From: an uncultured Chloroflexia bacterium
GTDB taxonomy: Bacteria; Chloroflexota; Limnocylindria; Limnocylindrales; CSP1-4
Assembly: GCA_963814115.1 (NCBI GenBank)
Contig: CAWFBS010000014.1
Coordinates: forward strand, 20,556 to 84,555
Length of the DNA stretch: 64,000 nt
Direction of reading: 5' to 3'
A model generated the notes under the pieces. That model searched no databases. It saw nothing but the letters and a program-made list of their open reading frames with translations, and had not been told where the DNA came from. The position numbers were made by a program, and so were the translations under genes. Shown here in pieces: positions 61,138-64,000 of the stretch (positions within the stretch are counted from its first letter, which is position 1; each line of letters starts with the position of its first letter).

Positions 61138-64000
61138 TTGGCTGGCCCCGCACCGGGCGAGCGGGCGCGGGCGGGCGAGCAGGCCCGGGTGCGGCTTCGG
61201 GACGTCGCCGTCCCGCTCGGCGTCCTTCTCGCGCTCGGCCTCGTCCTTCGGCTCATCATCGCATACGTTCTGCTGCCCGGGTCGGGGTTCAAGGTCGACG
61301 TCGCCTCGTTCAACGGTTGGGCCGTGGAGCTCGCCAGGAACGGGCCGTACGGGATCTACGACCGCCCGATCTTCATCGACTACACGCCCGGCTACCTGTA
61401 CGTCCTGTGGGGGCTCGGCCTCGTTGCCCAGCTTCTGGGTGGGCCCGGCGCCGCGCCGGGCGACCTCCTGAAGCTGCCGGCGATCCTGGCCGACCTGGGG
61501 CTCGCGGTCGCTGTCTTCCAGCTCGCCGCGGACCTGGGAGCCCGACGCCGCCCGGCGCTGGGGGCGGCCGCGCTGGTCCTGTTCGTGCCCGTCACGTGGT
61601 TCGACAGCGCCGTCTGGTCGCAGGTCGACTCGGTCGGTACCCTCGTCCTGCTCCTCGCCGTCCGCGACCTGTGGCGCGGTCGCGACGAGCGCGCGACCCT
61701 GCTCACGACGGTGGCCGCCATCATCAAGCCCCAGTTCGGGATCCTGATCCCGCTGGCGGCGGTCCTGATCATCCGGCGCAACCTCGTCACGCGGCCGCCA
61801 GGCCACGGCCCACGCCGCATCCTGAGCACGACCCTGGTCGGGCTGGTCACGGCGCAGGTGCTGTGCCTGCCCTTCGGGCTGACCATCGTCGGACTGCTCC
61901 GCCAGATCATCGACACGGCCGCCGGGTACCCATGGCTGACCGTCAACGCGTTCAACCCATGGGCGCTCGTCACGCAGGCCGGCTCGGGCCTTGCCCTGAA
62001 CGGCACCTGGATCCGGGACGCCACCCAGGCCGGGCCGGACGGGGGGGCGGGCTTCCTGGTCATGGGCATTCCGGCCGTCGTGGTCGGTTCCGGCCTCCTG
62101 CTCGGCATGATCGCATTCCTGGCGGCCGTGATCTGGCGCCGCGACGATCGGCGAACGTTCCTTGTCGCCCTGACTGTCCTGGCGATCGCCTTCTTCGTCC
62201 TGCCGACCCGGGTCCACGAGCGCTACCTCTACCCATTCTTCGCGCTCGGGGCCGTGCTGGTGGCCGTGAGCCCGCGCTGGATCGGCGTCTACGTTGCCCT
62301 GGCCGCCGCGAACGCGGCGAACCTCTACGGCATCCTGACCGAGCCGTTCTACGCGAACCTGGGGCTGGAGCCCATGCTCGGGGCGCTCGGCGGCCTGGGA
62401 GCCCAGCTGGGGGATGCAGCCCGTTCGTGGGGCGGGGTGGCGAGCAGCGCCGTCGTCCACGCCGGCGGGCTGCTGGCGGGACTCGTCTACCTGGTGCGGC
62501 CGGCGTCGCAGGAGACCGACGCGACCGCCGCCCTCAGCGCGAACGACCTCGGACCCGCCGTTGCGACCACTGGATCGTCCGACGCACCGCCGGGCGCTGG
62601 GGCCGCGCTCGGGTCGGCCCTGGGTCGGGCCGCCGTCGGCGTGCGCGCCCTCGCCCGCCGCCCGACCTTCGATCGCTCACGGCTGCTCGACAACGAGGGT
62701 GGCGGAAGGCTCGACCGGCTCGACCTGTGGTTCATCGTGGTGCTCGTCGTCGCGTCGCTGTTCCTGCGGACGTTCCGCCTCGGCGAGCCGCTGCGGATGC
62801 ATTTCGACGAGGTGTACCACGCCCGCACGGCCGCCGAGTTCCTGCAGGACTGGCGCTACGGCGAGCCGCATGCGATCTACGAATGGACCCACCCGCACCT
62901 CGCCAAGTACGTGATGGCGGGAGGGCTCGTCGCGTTCGGGGACGACACCGTGACCGCCACGAGCGCGCTCGGCGTGCCCGTGACGGATGTCGCGATCGAG
63001 GAGGGCTGGGACGGTCCCGCGGGTTCGGGCGCCACCCAGATCCACGGCGGCGACCGGCTGTACGTCGCCACGGGCGCCGGTGTCCGTGTCTTCGACCTGC
63101 AGACCCGCGCCCTGCTCGCCACCTTCGTACTGCCGGGCGCACAGGCTGTCACCATCGACCCGATCGACCACCGGCTCTTCGTCGGAACCGCTTCGGGCGA
63201 CATCCTGACCCTCGACACGGCGGTCAGCGCCGGCGACCTCAGCGCCGGCAACGCCGGCACCCCAGGGGGCGCTCCCCTCGTCACCCTGACCCACCTGGCG
63301 GCTGCGGGCGCGCCCGTCGAACGGCTCTGGGTGACCGGCGACGGGGCAACGATCGTCGCGGGAACGTCCGGCGACAGCCTGGTGTCGCTCGACGCGGCCA
63401 GCGGCACGCGGCTCGCCTCGTTCAGCCTGCCCGGCTGGGCGGAGATCGCGGATGCGGGCACCGTCGACGCGCTCGTGGCCGAGCCGGCGCTCGTGGCCGA
63501 CCCGACCTTCGTCGCGGCCCAGCTGTCCCGGATCCTCGGTGGGACGGCCGCCACGTACGAGCAGCAGCTCCGCTCGGGGGCGGCGCGGGTGACCATCACG
63601 ACGGCGATCTCGGCGCAACGGACCCAGCTCGATTCCGCCATCGCGAGCGGCGCCCTTGCCGGCGTCAGCGTCACGAGCGTGGCCCGCATCGCCGTGGCGG
63701 ACGCCGCTGGCGTGACCTTCGTCGAGCCAACCAGCGGAGCCGTGACCGGCGCGATCCCCCTCGAAGGTGGCGCCACCGGCGTGGTCAGGGCGGATGGCCT
63801 GGACTCGCCGATGCTCTACGCGGCAACCGGGAGCTCGCTCGCCGCCATCGTGATCCCGGCGGACGGCACTGCCCCGTCGCTCGCCCAGACCGTGTGGATG
63901 CCCGCAGCGATCAGCCGGGTCACCTACGACGCGGCCAGCCAGATGATCCACGCGCTGGGTCGCACCACCGACGGGACCGGCTGGACCGTCTACGTCGTGG
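61138..64000 (+). CDS. large (>950 aa) multi-domain GT-C-type membrane glycosyltransferase-like protein, 3'-truncated by the window end
   Basis: Open frame from TTG 61138 to the window end with no stop; it is not in the ORF track. The N-terminal polytopic module has GT-C hallmarks (…GFKVDVASFNGWAVELARNGPYGIYDRPIFIDYTPGYLY…, …TRVHERYLYPFFAL…). A second TM is followed by a PMT-loop1-like motif (MHFDEVYHARTAAEF…YEWTHPHLAKY). Then come repeated beta-strand-rich soluble repeats. It is divergent from the GT39 operon. Confidence 0.6.
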   Translation, partial: MAGPAPGERARAGEQARVRLRDVAVPLGVLLALGLVLRLIIAYVLLPGSGFKVDVASFNGWAVELARNGPYGIYDRPIFIDYTPGYLYVLWGLGLVAQLLGGPGAAPGDLLKLPAILADLGLAVAVFQLAADLGARRRPALGAAALVLFVPVTWFDSAVWSQVDSVGTLVLLLAVRDLWRGRDERATLLTTVAAIIKPQFGILIPLAAVLIIRRNLVTRPPGHGPRRILSTTLVGLVTAQVLCLPFGLTIVGLLRQIIDTAAGYPWLTVNAFNPWALVTQAGSGLALNGTWIRDATQAGPDGGAGFLVMGIPAVVVGSGLLLGMIAFLAAVIWRRDDRRTFLVALTVLAIAFFVLPTRVHERYLYPFFALGAVLVAVSPRWIGVYVALAAANAANLYGILTEPFYANLGLEPMLGALGGLGAQLGDAARSWGGVASSAVVHAGGLLAGLVYLVRPASQETDATAALSANDLGPAVATTGSSDAPPGAGAALGSALGRAAVGVRALARRPTFDRSRLLDNEGGGRLDRLDLWFIVVLVVASLFLRTFRLGEPLRMHFDEVYHARTAAEFLQDWRYGEPHAIYEWTHPHLAKYVMAGGLVAFGDDTVTATSALGVPVTDVAIEEGWDGPAGSGATQIHGGDRLYVATGAGVRVFDLQTRALLATFVLPGAQAVTIDPIDHRLFVGTASGDILTLDTAVSAGDLSAGNAGTPGGAPLVTLTHLAAAGAPVERLWVTGDGATIVAGTSGDSLVSLDAASGTRLASFSLPGWAEIADAGTVDALVAEPALVADPTFVAAQLSRILGGTAATYEQQLRSGAARVTITTAISAQRTQLDSAIASGALAGVSVTSVARIAVADAAGVTFVEPTSGAVTGAIPLEGGATGVVRADGLDSPMLYAATGSSLAAIVIPADGTAPSLAQTVWMPAAISRVTYDAASQMIHALGRTTDGTGWTVYVV

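Overview
High-GC (~70%) bacterial chromosomal window with Actinobacteria-like synteny that spans the replication-origin neighbourhood. On the minus strand (window start towards 19.5 kb) it carries the F1Fo ATP synthase operon (atpA N-terminus, atpH, atpF, atpE, atpB, atpI-like), a wecA/mraY-like gene, glyA, prmC, prfA, rpmE, rpmA, rplU and mreD-mrdA-rodA. On the plus strand come a perfect parS site, parA-parB-gyrB, two small genes, gyrA, prs, secA, prfB carrying the classic programmed +1 frameshift site (CTT TGA C), ftsE-ftsX-ctpA-smpB and the tmRNA gene ssrA. The minus-strand rpmH-rnpA-yidD-yidC-jag operon then faces dnaA-dnaN-recF-DUF721 on the plus strand, with DnaA-box clusters (candidate oriC) upstream of dnaA and between dnaA and dnaN. 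The most unusual content is (i) a gene cluster for a polyprenol-phosphate-sugar synthase (GT2) plus two overlapping GT-C membrane glycosyltransferases (GT39-like, DUF2723), divergent from a >950-aa GT-C/PMT-motif/beta-propeller protein that runs off the window end, which is a candidate lipid-linked mannosylation system; (ii) an 763-aa membrane protein after DUF721 whose cytoplasmic domain looks like a catalytically degenerate PP2C fold and whose extracellular part has beta-propeller-like repeats; (iii) an unannotated 74-aa Cys-rich ORF with its own promoter and strong RBS that ends immediately before the frameshifted prfB; (iv) a decayed region downstream of ssrA with head-to-head truncated ABC-2 permease and marR remnants and a 21-bp intergenic tandem array. 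Many long antisense ORFs in the supplied track are GC artefacts. Two real genes that run off the window ends (atpA, and the large GT-C protein at the 3' end) are missing from the ORF track. No tRNA, rRNA, CRISPR array or intact mobile element was recognised.
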